Below, in pieces: positions 45,890-58,889 of a DNA stretch of 64,000 nt. The notes beneath the pieces were generated by a model. That model ran no database searches. It saw nothing but the letters and a program-made list of their open reading frames with translations, and was not told the DNA's origin. Source of the DNA: Utricularia gibba (lineage: Eukaryota; Plantae; Magnoliophyta); assembly GCA_002189035.1 (NCBI GenBank), contig NEEC01000021.1:1-64000 (forward strand), given 5' to 3'. Positions within the stretch are counted from its first letter, which is position 1; every line of letters begins with the position of its first letter. A program made the translations under genes and the position numbers.

Positions 45890-46460
45890 AAATACAACTT
45901 CGATAATAACTAATTGATTTCTTTTCTTTCAGTTATTATTATGGCCGATAAATAATCAACAATGTATAAAATCTAAATTCCAATGACATTGGCTACCTTC
46001 TCAACAAACATTTATTAGGTATTTTATTTGACCAGGTGTCAAAAGCATAATTCAATACCAAAAGCTAGTTGCCAAAATTTAATTGATAAAGAGAGTGACA
46101 CCCCCTACTAATTTCATACTGCCAAAGCCAAAAGGAACCTCTTAATCTTGGTTTCTCAGGTTGCCTAATAGAAGTTACCGAGTCTAAGAGGTTGCAACCA
46201 TGAACGTAAATGGGTACATAGCTAATGGACTCATGATATATTCATGTTGCATACTTGCTATACATGGCCTTCTTGATTTTATGTGTTGTATTCAATGTAT
46301 TGATTACTAATTATTCCAAAACGTGAACAGTAAAAACAGCATTAATTGCTATGATCCAGGTCATAGTGAAAGTAATCTCACTACAAGTCATTTTGGTGCC
46401 TTTTGACTGTGGACCTAGGATGGTCCTTCAAAAGTGGAGCTCACCTCTAAATTAGTTTTT
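45890..46460 (-). other. Plastid rpl20-rps12 spacer / 5' half of the rps12 trans-spliced intron (NUPT)
   Basis: Reverse complement TTCATGGTTGCAACC..CTGAGAAACCAAGATTAAGAGGTTCCTTTTGG resembles this spacer as recalled. rps12 exon 1 was not seen. Confidence 0.6.
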
Positions 46461-46469
46461 TTGTTTACT

Positions 46470-47380
46470 TCCATAAATCCATATCTTCAGATAAAACCTT
46501 TTAAAATTAAATTGATTCTTCTTTCATTGATTCAGTAATCTCAAAATTTTTTGATCAAATGAAAAATATTTTTCTTTTCACTCTCCTTTTTTTTTTACAT
46601 AAATACTGTTAAGAGTTCTTTAATTGAAAACAAAAATGTGTGTGATTCTGATTTGTATTCCAGATGGATAACATATAACGGGAAATATATTTCATTTCAT
46701 ACCACTCTCTTGATATTTGTAGGGCTAAGGAATAGGCTTTGTTTTTCTCTCAAAGAATTTTTCTTTTCACTCTCTCTTTTGCAACAAATCCCAAAGAATT
46801 TTTTATTTCGAAGTTCCATGCTATGGTTACTTAATATTCGTATGTCTAAGGAATAGGTTTTGTTTTTCTCTCAGCTTTGTTGGAGCCAAGCATGAAGGAA
46901 TGCTATGTTGAAGATAAACAAGAAGACTTCTACACACCATTTTTTGGATGTTTAGTAATTAGTATAGTTATAGAATAATAGTTTCCGTTGTAATTGCTTG
47001 TAAAAGTTTTATAGTTTTTATAAGGATGATGACTTATTATATAATGTAAGCAACTCTGATCTGATAGGTGTGTTCAATAAAATGCACTTCCAGAAAGTGT
47101 TGTTTGTTTTTCTCATTCTGCTTTTGAGGTTCTACGTGGTGTTCTTCTCTTCTGTTTTGTACTCCTCTTCCAACATGCTAGACATTTATTAATTTTCATC
47201 CCAGCCAGGATAAAAAGACCCTGGATGATGGATGTGCCCATTCCCAAACAAGACAGTCAATGTATCTAATTGCAGTTGCACTCCAATTGTTAAGAATTCA
47301 ATTTTTGTAGTTTCTTGGTTGATACAGGGATATCTCGAAGAGAGAACGGAGCAAGATACTTTTGGAATACCAATAGGCAT
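46470..47380 (-). pseudogene. clpP: Plastid clpP-derived NUPT (exon 1 start, exon 2 3' part, intron 2 piece, exon 3 trace)
   Basis: MPIGIPKV start; TTTATCCTGGCTGG..AAATGTCTAGCATTCCTTCATGCTTGG (exon 2 end); intron 2-like GAATATTAAGTAACCATAGCATGG; exon 3-like TCCATATCTTCAGATA. Confidence 0.8.
46906..47175. mobile_element. Small solo LTR (270 bp) in clpP exon 2
   Basis: TGTTGA...CCAACA with perfect TSD TGCTA (46901-46905, 47176-47180). Confidence 0.9.
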
Positions 47381-48975
47381 GAATTAAAACAAAAAAGAAA
47401 TTAAATACTCTATTTAATTTCACTTTGATGCGGAAACTTAATAGTTTAATAATATTATTTTACTGTTTTTAAAATATTAGGGATGTTTTAAATTACTTTT
47501 TTTACAATTGACTTTTACGCTAATGAAATTATAAGTTAATTATAAGTGCAAAGCGTTTGAATGCATATAAATTCAATATCATATCCAAAGTTCTTTTTCA
47601 AACACAAATACAAAAAAAAAGTTCAAATATAATAATAATACCACACAACTAAAACAAGAAAATACTAAAAAATTGTTAAATTTTATAAGAAACAATCAAT
47701 TGTTGTATGAGGATACAAATCACGTACAAACATAAGGAACTATGAAACTATATAAATAATCCAAAAAAATCATATAAATGAAAAGGGTAAAGATAAATAA
47801 AATTTCCTATAAATTCACTATCAAAATAATTATCAAAATCATAATAACATCCATGCGAAGATTTACATGTGAAATATTAAAATTTAACATCTAAATAACA
47901 CAAGTGAGCGAATTTATACAAAATCAGTTATTCAAAATCATTGATAATCGTCCAAAGGGGAGAGAATGGAGAAAATGAAAACGGTAACATAAATGTAAGC
48001 AATTTTTTGATTTTAAAGAGGTATCATAAATATGAACATTTTGGTAATTACAAGAATTCAATTGATTTGAAAAGAGAATTAAGTTTATTCTATTTTTAAA
48101 ATCAACTTATAATTAAATAAAAAATATTAATTTAAAATCACTCATAACTAATAAACAAATTTACTTCAACTGTATCCAAACTTTAAATTAATTACATCAA
48201 ATATATCCAAACTTTCATATTTATTTCAAATGTATTTAAATATTCATTTTCTTTACATAAAATGTGATTTATGGGCACGTGCATCTACGCACTTCTAAAT
48301 CATAAATTTTAGCCCACTAAAATTTTCCGAACCCTACAAATCTTCGATGAATTTTCAGATATCTCACTAGAACCTGGGATCGAAGAGACTATTAGGAATC
48401 AGATACAGGACAATTTAGAGAATCAATTATGACGAAGCCACTATTTGATGGTCAAAGAATTGGTAATGCTTCAACATCAATTATTGTTCTTCTGCATTAT
48501 TGAGCATCTTTTGAGGTTGTGCATATAGCTATTTTGTTTTTGTTCTTCAACAATTTCTCCTTCATAATTTTAAGTAATCTATTTTTAGGCAATGCATGAA
48601 ATTTAAGAGTCTAGCAATCAGTTTTGTGTTGATGTACTATTATGAATGTAGATTTTTTTTCTCATTAGATAAACCTTTATATTTTTAGATTCCAAAGCAC
48701 AAATGGCAAGTCGAAGTAACACTAAAATTAAAAGAACACCTCTTTAGGATACGTTTTTCAATATATTTGGAGTTTTATGAATATAAATAAATATGATTGT
48801 TCAATGTTTTTCTCTATTTTATTTTGAGTATGTTATAGTTGGATTATGCATGCATAGATGAGAATATATTGTGTTGATAATTGACTATTGTTATTTTTTG
48901 TGTGATTTGTTCTAGGTACCCAATTATCAAATATGCATAGCTCGTATTTATTATCCACAAAAGTTTACAATAATT

Positions 48976-51700
48976 ATGCATTATAGAGGTAAGTTGACAG
49001 TGGAGCCAAGTTTCAAATGGATATTAGGCAAAACTGAGTACTTTGATTTCAATGAATTCGAAAGGAATGACTTGAAAAGATTGTTTCAATATGCTGAAGA
49101 GTTAGGATATTCAAATACAAGATATATTAGATTTTGGTATAAGAAAAAGAAGATAGTGAATGATGGATTGACGTTGTTAGAGACCGATCAACAAATTATG
49201 GAGTGGGAGAATTATTTTGATAAAAAACGACAAATTCATGTATATATAGAGCAGTTAGTTGATGAAGTCACTAAAGATATGCAATCTGATGCAAATCATA
49301 TGATTGGGTGGAGAGAAGAATGTAATTTAGAAGCAGTACATGATGAAGTATCTTCTTTGGATTTTAGTATATGCAATCATAACATTGAATTTTCTTGTTT
49401 AAGAACTTTGGACATCGTTCACATTGATGAGAAGTGTCAATAGACAAATATTGAAAAGGAAAATATCACACAGGAGACATTCATTGACACAGACTATAAT
49501 TTGGAAGCTGATGAAACTTTGGGAATTAAAATCACTCATGATAAATTGAATGATGATGAGAATAAAGAAGACAACCCTACAATAGGGATTATGGATGAAA
49601 AAACACATCGAGGAAAAAATGGTTTGGGGAGTAATAGACTGGAAGAAGAAAGTGATGATAACATAAAAGCAGAATACATTAGACACATGAACAATCGTCC
49701 CAACGAGATTGATGTTGATGATTCAGAGGAAGATCTAAATAGCTGTGATGATTCTGATGATGAGGAGGAACCCAAATATCCTGTTTATGGTGCAAAAAAA
49801 TTTAGAAAAAATTCAGAACTTTTGAATGGAACACTCTTTAACACTAGAGATGAAGTTAAATATGCAATCAAAAGTTACTGCATATGGAAAGGACATGCAA
49901 TCAAATTTGTATGGATTGATTTAAAAAGAGTAAGAGCAGAGTGTATACGGTATGACTGTCCTTGGTATGTGTATGCATCCAAGGAAAGTACTGATATTGC
50001 ATGGCAAATCAAATCATTTGGTGAGGATCATAATCATGTTGGAAGAAACTTATCACATGAGAAGATTAGCTATTTATGGTTGGGACAAACGTTTCAAAAA
50101 AGGTTTATAGCAGATCCTAATTATAATGTTAACAACTTCGTGGGCTATATATTCTGAAAGTTGAAGTACAAAGTATCATGGATGAAAGCATATCGAGCCA
50201 AAAAATATGCTCTAAAATTGATTAGAGGACAACATGAAGAACAATTTTCGAATATATTTGCCTATTTCGAAGAGCTTTTAAGAGCAAATGAAGTTTCAAC
50301 ATTAAAAGTCAAACTTTCTGAAGGGGTGCTAGGACACCAACGTTTTGAGGGTTGCTATGTATGTTTCAAAGCATGTAAAGAAGGCTTCAAACGTGGATGT
50401 CGACCTTTGATGGGACTAGATGGATGTTTTTTAAAAGGCATGTGGAAGGGCCAGCTCCTAGCTGCTGTATCTATTGATCCCAACAATAATATTTTTCTTG
50501 TAGCATGGGCTGTAGTAGAAAATGAGAACATAGAAGTTTGGAGATGGTTTCTTGAGTTACTCGTAAATGATATTGATATTAGCCAACATAATATGATATC
50601 TTACACATTTATTTCAAATAGACAGAAAGGTCTTATTCCAGCAATTGAAGAAATTTTGCCTCATGTGGAAATAAGATATTGTGTGTGACACATTTATGAA
50701 AATATGAAGAAGGATTGTGCAGTTCAAGGGCAATCTATTAAAAATTGTATGTGGAAAGCTGCAAGATGTACAAGAGTGCAAACTTTTGAACTTGCTATGG
50801 AGAAACTCAAGAAGCTTAATTTGAAGTGTGATGTGCTGTTGAATAATGGTTGTGAATGCTTCAATTCGATCATCTAAGTTGTAGAGATCAACCTATCATT
50901 AGCATGCTTGAAACAATAAAGAATCTTGTAATGGTGAGAATTCACTCATATAGGATCAAAGTAAGAAATTGGATTGGACCATTATGTCCTAATATTCAAA
51001 AGTTGCTAGAAAAAATATGCGTGAAGCGTATGACGATCTTCCTTTACCATCAGATGAGTTTTATTGGCTAGTTGGAACTCAAGAGGAGCAATATAATGTA
51101 GATCTGGTGGGAAAGAAATGCAGTTGTAGACGATGGCAATTAATTGGTATTCCATGCACACATGCCACATGCATGATTAGGTATGTGGGACATGATCCAA
51201 TTAATTATATCGATCCAAGGCTTTTCAAAGAAATGTACCATGTTGTCTATGGTCTATCAATCCGTGGTATTGATTCTATGAACTTGTGGATGCCAAGAGA
51301 TAGAATTCCACCACTTCACCCTGTTTTTCTTAAGAGAGTTGGCAGGCCAAAAAAGAAAAGAATAAGAGTACTTTGTAAGCTACCATCGAAACAACAAGGT
51401 CCAGGTAGATTAATTAGTATGAACCTATGCAACAGGTGCTCACGTTGTGCTGAGTATAGACACAATATTCGTAAATGTAAAAATCCTCCAATGCCACATA
51501 CTGAAGAAAAAATTCCCAAAAAAATGGTATGTTTTCTTATTTTTCAATTCTTTAAAATATGAAGTGCATTGTTTAATTCTTCATTGTAGTACTAATAAAT
51601 TCAATTCTCTATTATATAGGGACCACCACGCTCACAAAATTCATCTACAACTCTGAGGAAGTAGGAGAGCCGAGAACTAGAAATCAAAAAAATACCTTTT
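48976..51700 (+). pseudogene. MuDRA-like transposase (PB1-like N-terminus, MuDR, MULE DDE, SWIM, Zn knuckle), disrupted
   Basis: CRPLMGLDGCFLKG..AVSIDPNNNIFLVAWAVVE; CSCRRWQLIGIPCTHA; CSRCAEYRHNIRKC. Stops at ~50155 and ~50688, deletion at ~50825. Confidence 0.93.
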
Positions 51701-51950
51701 AAATGAATATCATGTTTTCATGAAAAAAATGAATATTATTTATGTTGATGTTATGTTTTATAGTATTATGGATATCTCTTTTGTTTGATTTACATCTTAT
51801 TATGTGGCATTATGATGTTATTCTTATTTAAAATGAATTTGTATGTTTTATGTTTTATGTAGATATCATTATGACATGCACCAATTGTTTATTTTAATAA
51901 AATGATTTATATTTTATTCACACAAAGGAAGGGTGTAATATTTTCCGCCA

Positions 51951-53235
51951 CAGGTAGTTTTCAAGAGCTATGTTTGGTGAACTCAATCCTGAAATATTAC
52001 ATGAAGCATTATTGTAAGGAGTTTGTTTAATTAATTTATACATATATAAATGGTGCACATATTGTTATTCAATGCAAATTGTAGGACAATGATGGGAAGA
52101 TTTAGTATTGAAAAGGTTTTAAATATGGAGGTATTTGATTGTCTCTGGTTTTACGGCTACCATGGTGCAAGTGATTGCACTAGCTGGATAAACAAACTAC
52201 AGAAAAGATCAATCATGAGAAGGACATATGTCTTCATTCCAATAGTGCTTGAGTATGTGTTAATTTATTTCATATATTTTATTGAAGAAACTAATAATGG
52301 TTGTGTGCAGTAAACATTGGAGTTTGCTAATGTTGCGCAACTTTGGAAACAAGGAAAAACATATAATGCTTCTTCTTGACCCCATAAAAAATCATCCAAA
52401 TCAAAGTCAAATTGAAAAGGATGTTACGGAGTGAGTGTTATGTTTACTATGTCATGAAATGATTATATATACTAATATTTTATTGATAGGTTTGCTTGGA
52501 ATTTACTTAAAACATTCGGTCAAGAAGAGTCATATGAGCATGCATCATATATACCTTTTTTGAAGCCAAAAGTAAGAACGTGTAATTATGAATATTTTCA
52601 TATATTAAATCTTACAATATACTGCAATATAGGTGCCTCTGCAAAGTGGACAGACTGAGTGCGGACTTTATGTTTTGTACTATATCTATAGGTTCATAGA
52701 GGAAGCACCTTTTACTTTTGACTTTAATGCCCCGTTTGGTTGAGGGGTTGGTGATATAAATTATTTAGGTATCTTTAAACCCATATTCATGGGTTTTATG
52801 TGAAAACCTATTTGGTTCGTGTGTTAAAATTATTTGGCTTTATCATTATATGCTTATGGTATACTAGTTTAGGATAAAGGTATTTATAATTAATATGGGC
52901 ATACTTAAACCCACCCCCTAGGTGGGTTTATATAAACCCATATCTATGGGTTATTGATGGGTTTATATAAACCTGTTGGGTAAATTTAAACCCAACAATA
53001 ACCTATATACCAAACATTGTAAAATATTAAACCTGTCTGTAAACCTATTTAAGCCCACAAACCAAACGACGCCTAAAGGATTTCCATACTTTGCAAGTTT
53101 ATTATTATTATTATTATTATTAAAATACAATCAAAATACTATCTGATTTATTTTTTATATACAGTTTAATGAATCTTGGTTTACTGAAGATGATGTTGCT
53201 GCATTTGCCATCTACATTGGACTTCCGTTGAAGAA
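51951..53235 (+). pseudogene. Ulp1/C48 SUMO protease gene, 6 predicted exons, interrupted by a MITE
   Basis: Spliced frame ..YVFIPIVL D KHWSLLML..MLLLDP.. PK VPLQSGQTECGLYVLYYIYRFIEEAP..FNESWF retains His, Asp, Gln and Cys. Confidence 0.85.
52728..53073. mobile_element. Tourist-like MITE (346 bp) in a Ulp1 exon
   Basis: TIR TGCCCCGTTTGGTT / reverse complement GGCGTCGTTTGGTT; TSD TAA. Removal restores DFKGFPYF. Confidence 0.88.
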
Positions 53236-53615
53236 AAAAAAAAATAGAAATTCAATTATGTCGGTTGTATTTTGTTGGCAATGATTGCCTTATTTTGTTT
53301 TATTGATACCTGTATTTTGTTGACACTTTTTGAGACATTTGATATTAATGGTAAAATATTTATATTTTTCTTGTTGATTTTTTTCTTTAAAATTGTTAAA
53401 AAATATTCAACATTTTAATTTTTTTATTTTTATTATGTATTTATTTGATAAGAAATATATAATTACGTGCATAATTAGATCATATATATCAAATTTAGAA
53501 GTTATTACAGTATATTTTCATTAGATTTAAATGTATTTCAAATGTTTAAATACATATGATGTAATATTAAATTTTATAATCATTTTGTTTTTAACCGTTT
53601 TTTCACGCATGCGCG

Positions 53616-54760
53616 TGATAAACGAAAAATTAGTGCAAAGTCATTAATTTGTGAATTTCTCCTATCAAATAAAATTTATAAACTTTATTCACACAAAATC
53701 ATATGAAAAATATGAGACATGTTTACTATGTGAAAGTTAATGCATGAAATCAGTGTCACGTTGATAAGTTGGTCTTAAATAGGACTAAGGCAGAACTACA
53801 ACGGAATACAGTAAAGAAAAGTAATAAGTTTTGCAGCTCGGTTGTTTCTGAAATGAAATGGGTAATATCTTAGGACTTCTAGGGGATGTATGCTTATCAA
53901 TAAACAAACTCACACAAATCATAAATTATACTACTAACACACAAAAATCTAGGTCTACCCGGATTCTTGTTTTCAGCCTAATCTTTGGTCTACCTTTAAT
54001 TAGGGTTGTTAAGCTGGGTTTTACTACTTCTCCCTCCTAGATCTATCCTGTTTGTTAAAGAAGTGACGTGACTTATGACTGATTAGATCTAAAAATTGAT
54101 TAGCATATTTCTCTCCCTTTCACCCCAAGGCACCCACTAAGCACTTAACCACTCACAACAAGAGAAAGGAGAACGTTTTCATAACATATCCTAAGCAGCA
54201 TTCTGGTCTCAAAGTTAAACAACAAGCAATGCATAATAGAAATAGAAAAGACAAATTGTTTACGCAGTAAATCTAAAATTAGTCTTAACTAGAAACAGTA
54301 TGCATCAAGAACGAAAATAAATCTTCAAAGAGAAGCTGTATTCTTCTGGTTTGTTGTTCCCTTCCTTCTTCTCTCCCCCAGAAAAATCTCTAGAAAAATG
54401 TCGTGAGTCTCCAATGGGGAGATTTGCCCTCTCTCTCCATTTTTCCCCCTTTTTGTCCAAAATCTATCTTTTTCCTTCTTGGATTTTGTGTGTACTACTT
54501 TTCAGACTTTTGGACTCATCTTCTGCCACTACACTGTGCATATTCGGTTCCTTGGGATTTGTGTTGTGGCCTGTACTGCATTGCTCAAAGAAAACTATTA
54601 GAAGTTTGGTACTAAATCGCAATTTAGTACCAGCTAAGACTAAAATAACATAATGACGGTACTTTGCGCAAAAATATAGAACTGAGCAGTAAAATCTGAT
54701 TTTTGTAGCACAATATGAGTAATTTCCATGCACTCCATCACTCAAAAATATGTGTTATTA
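53616..54760 (-). mobile_element. Gypsy solo LTR (1145 bp) inside the MULE
   Basis: Reverse-complement homolog of 55763-56935; perfect TSD GCGCG (53611-53615, 54761-54765). Confidence 0.92.
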
Positions 54761-55762
54761 GCGCGTGCATTACACGCTCAAACAAAATTGTGAAAATCAT
54801 ATTTTGTGTTAGGAAAATGAATATTTAAATACATTTGGAATAAATATGAAAGTTTGGGTATATTTAGTGTAAATAATTTAAAGTTCGGATACATTTGAAG
54901 TAAAAAGCCCACAAAATAATTATATAAATTATAAATAAATTAAAATCACTTAAAATAGTTTATAAGTAATGCAAAACATTGTCATTATCTTTATAAGATT
55001 CATTTTATAACAATATCCACATGGTATTCCAATATCGAAAAAAAGAAAAAACAAATCAAATTTCTACTAATAAATCCTACTGATCACATTTCTTCATAGA
55101 AATGGTTTCAAACCGCAATGGCTCTTATCAAGTATAAAATAAATTTGCTTCTTTTTATTAGTATCAATAGAATAGAAAAATACTTAAAAATAATCCATTG
55201 GACAAAAAGAGTACGTCTTTCAAGAAATGGCAGTAAATGTTTCAGGAATCTTATTTTGCTGTCCAAAGAAATGATTTCTCAAAATAATGAGTTACAGTTG
55301 ATGAAAGAGGGAACAAGAGTCCATTATAGTTGCTTAGTCTCCCCAAGAAATACTAGCAACATGACTCATAGCTCCTAGCTCTTAAACTAGGAACAACTCT
55401 GACTTGGTTTCAAGACGTAGAATCAATGTTGAGTCATCATTTATTTCGTTCACCAAACACACATTCTCTTGAAAATCCGCATAAGTGGTGGTTCATGTGG
55501 TTTAATTCGAGTTGTAATTCACTAGATATTCTCCATACTCGCCAAATATGGAATCCCATATTTCTATTATATCGCATATGAACAGTTCCTTGATTTTGAA
55601 AATTTCCTATTTGTCACTCAATGATGGATCTGAATGGCGCATTCATCTAGAAGGAAAACCAAAATTGCATTTTCAGGGTGTTACATAATGACTTTTTAGA
55701 ACACCTTGGAATGAGATCAATGGCAGAATATCGCACCTTACATGGCTAAGTTAAGATATCGT

Positions 55763-56935
55763 TGATAGCACATATTTTTGAGTGGCTCAATGCATGGAAT
55801 TTACTCATTTTGTGCTACAAAAATTAAGCTTAATTGTCTATTTCTATATTTTTGCACATAAGTACCGTAGGAGTGCACTTTTAGTCTTAATTGGGACTAA
55901 ATCTACGATTTAGTCCCAACCTTCTAACAGTTCCCTTCGAGCAATGCAGCATAGGTTGCAACACAAACCTCAAGGAGTCGAGTATGAACAGTGTGGTAGT
56001 AGAAAAGGTGACAGAAGTCTGAAAAAGAGTACACACAAAGTCCAAGGAGGTGAAAAAGGAAGATTTTGGACTAAAATGAAGAAAGGTGGGGAGAGAAGAG
56101 AGATCTCCCATTGGAGACTCAAGACAAGTTTCTGGAGATTTTTCTGGAGGAACAAGGAGGGGACGGCGAACCAGAAGAACACAGCATCTCTTGAGAAATT
56201 ATTTTCGTTCTTCATGTTTACTGTTCCTAGCTAAGACTAGATTTGGATTTCCTGTGTGAACGAAGTGTCTTTCCTACTTCTGCTTCATATTGCTCGCTGT
56301 TGTTTAACATTTGTAGTCAGGATGTTGCTTAGGATATGCTATTAAAATGTTTTACTTTTCATTGTCATGAGTAACTAAGTACTTAGAGGGGGATGCCTTG
56401 GAGTGAAGAGGGGAAAAACATGCTAATCCATCCTTAGACCTAATAAATCATAAGTCACACTACTTCCTTAGCAAATCAGGATAGATCCAGGAGGGGGAGG
56501 TAGTGAAACCCAACTAACAACCCTAATTAGAGGTAGACCAAATATTAGGGGGAAAAACAAGAATTCGGGTAGACCTAGATCTTGTGAGTTAGTTGTATGA
56601 TTTTTGATTTATGTGAGATTGTTTAGTGATAGGCATACATCTCCTAGAAGTCCCAAGGCATCATCCATTTTATTACAGAAACAACCGAGCTCCAGAACTT
56701 ATTAATTTTCTTTACTGTATTTCGTTTTAATTCTGCCTTAGTCCTAGCTAAGACCAATTTACCAACGTGATACTGATTTCATGCTTTGGCTAATCACTTG
56801 ACAAACACCTGCTCTTCGTGTTCGACCCTAATCACTATGCTCATAATTGTTTTATGCTTGAATGTGGGTTAGGGTATAAATTTATTTGATAGGAAAATTT
56901 GCATTTAACGACATTGCATAATTTTTCGTTTATCA
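55763..56935 (+). mobile_element. Gypsy solo LTR (1173 bp)
   Basis: TGATAGC...TTTATCA; TSD ATCGT/ATAGT (1 mismatch). Confidence 0.9.
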
Positions 56936-57333
56936 ATAGTTGACTCAATTTCATTGATATTTGGATTGATTCAATTACGTTCTGGGGACGAAAAGAGTCC
57001 CGTAGTTCCCACGAGGTGGAGATGACAATAATTACTAACTCTTGATTCGGTCTTGTCGCTAGTTTAACAATTTGGTTCTTATGTTCTTCGATTTATTCAG
57101 AAAAATAAAAACGATCCTAATCCTGCTTCATCTTAATTGTGATTTGAACAAGTAAAAGTTCTGTTAGATTTCAAGTGTTTTCAGAATCTTCTTCTATCCG
57201 AAGAAGTGATTGATCGTGTATGTATACCGAATAACCACTCTGTAGTTCCCTGTTCGGAAAGAAAACCAACTCATTTTTCTTTTTCCCAAGAAAAAAGTTT
57301 CTTTTTTCTTTTTTTGAGAGTGTTATAACCTAT

Positions 57334-57544
57334 GAGTGTGTTTGGTAAAGAGGATAAAAGGGGATAGTTAAATAGGAAAAGAAAAATAGGATGTTTCGTA
57401 GGTAGGATAAATTATACTCATCCCATGAATATGGAATAAAATAATGAGAGATGAATGATTGGGATAAAATTATATTATCATATATCCACTCTTTATATAT
57501 CCTCTCTTATTCCTAGTATATTTATTCATGTACCAAGCACACTT
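57334..57544. mobile_element. Tourist-like MITE (211 bp)
   Basis: TIR GAGTGTGTTTGGTA / reverse complement AAGTGTGCTTGGTA; flanking TAT/TAT; GGATA/TATCC-rich interior. Confidence 0.75.
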
Positions 57545-58889
57545 TATGGGTAGTCTATGTGGACCTCCCCTCAACATAGGGACATATGTTGTCTAACTAC
57601 CAAATAAACTACATTATGGGAAAGTCAAACTTCCATTGAAGAAAGGGTTTTAATAAATCCAATCGATTGTTGGTAATTCAAGTAACGAATTCTAGCCAAA
57701 ATAAAGGATCTTTTGAATTCTACTTGAGAAGATTTGATTCAGATTCATTCACCACCCACAAATAACACATTACACCCTAATCATATTGGTCTCCAGGAGG
57801 AATATGTCCATTTGAAAGCTCTAGATTTTGAGTAAGTGTTTCCTGAATCTTCTTATATCAACATATGGACGAATATACAAGCATACATTTCATGCTTGTT
57901 TGAAATACGATCAATGACTTTTTTTTCTAGTATTTTTTTTATTGTAAAGGACTAGAATATTCTATGTTACTAACCTATCTAAAAATATCCTACATAAGAA
58001 ATTAAATGAAGTACCCTATATACAAAGTAAGGAAAAGTATCCAAAAAATAATGTACTATTTACAAGTTCGGGAAAATGGAGAATCACATTGACACATTAC
58101 TATGGAGATTCTGACCAAAAAATAATCATGATCCAAACAATGAAATCATAATCTGGTGAGACACCATTAAAGGCATCCTATTTATTATGCGAAAAAGTTT
58201 GCATACAGTGATAGGATTTCTGATTTTGAATGATTAAAGAAGTTTGTGCACAATATATATATTCTCTAATGAAGGTACCACAACTGAATTTCCTGTTAAA
58301 AATTGTGGTAATTTATAAGGGCAACAAAAATGTGAGAGCATATACTTTGGTTCTAAGGCATATAGAAATGTATATATATGAATTAAATGTATTATAAATT
58401 GAATATTAATTTTCATTAAACTCCTGTTGATTATAGCCATGTAGGGATGCATTTGAAATTTGTGATAGGAGTGATAGCCATGCATTTGAAATTTGATTAT
58501 ATATGAAATTGAAACGAAAGTGATAGCATTGAATGGAACACATATTTTTGGAAAATGACAAGGGAAAATTTTGGTTATCACATGTTCAAACTTGAATAAC
58601 AGTATTTTTCCTCTTGCTTGCAGTGTTGTGGGTTGTGAAAAACTGAAAATTTAGAAATATTTTCTTACTATTATTGCAAAGGATTATAGAATAGCTGATG
58701 ATGCTCAAAAATCAATTATAATTATATCATACCAAGGAAGTATTTTAATTCCTACAATTAAGTGTGTATTTCCAAAAGTCAAGATAGACATTCATATTGT
58801 TTTGTTTATGTAATCTAAATTAATTCCCACATGTTTGTTATTCTGTCATTTACTTATTAAAATATTTATAAAAAAATAAAGTTTCAATG

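Larger units (their letters stand above)
48160..54910 (+). mobile_element. Mutator-like element (MULE) carrying a transposase and a Ulp1 protease gene
   Basis: ~115-bp imperfect TIRs (48160-48275 vs 54795-54910). The right end is ..AAAAAGCCC; the left terminus appears to lack ~6 nt, and only ACAAA of a putative TSD is shared. Confidence 0.88.
55090..57855 (+). pseudogene. ycf2: ycf2-like NUPT fragments, split by a solo LTR and a MITE
   Basis: Sequence resembling ycf2 GAGATTTCGAGTAAGTGTTTACATAATCTTCTTCTGTCCGAAGAAATGATTCATCGAAATAATGAG (SKCLHNLLLSEEMIHRNNE) at ~55235-55305, ~57165-57215 and ~57822-57855. Other matches are weaker. Confidence 0.62.
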
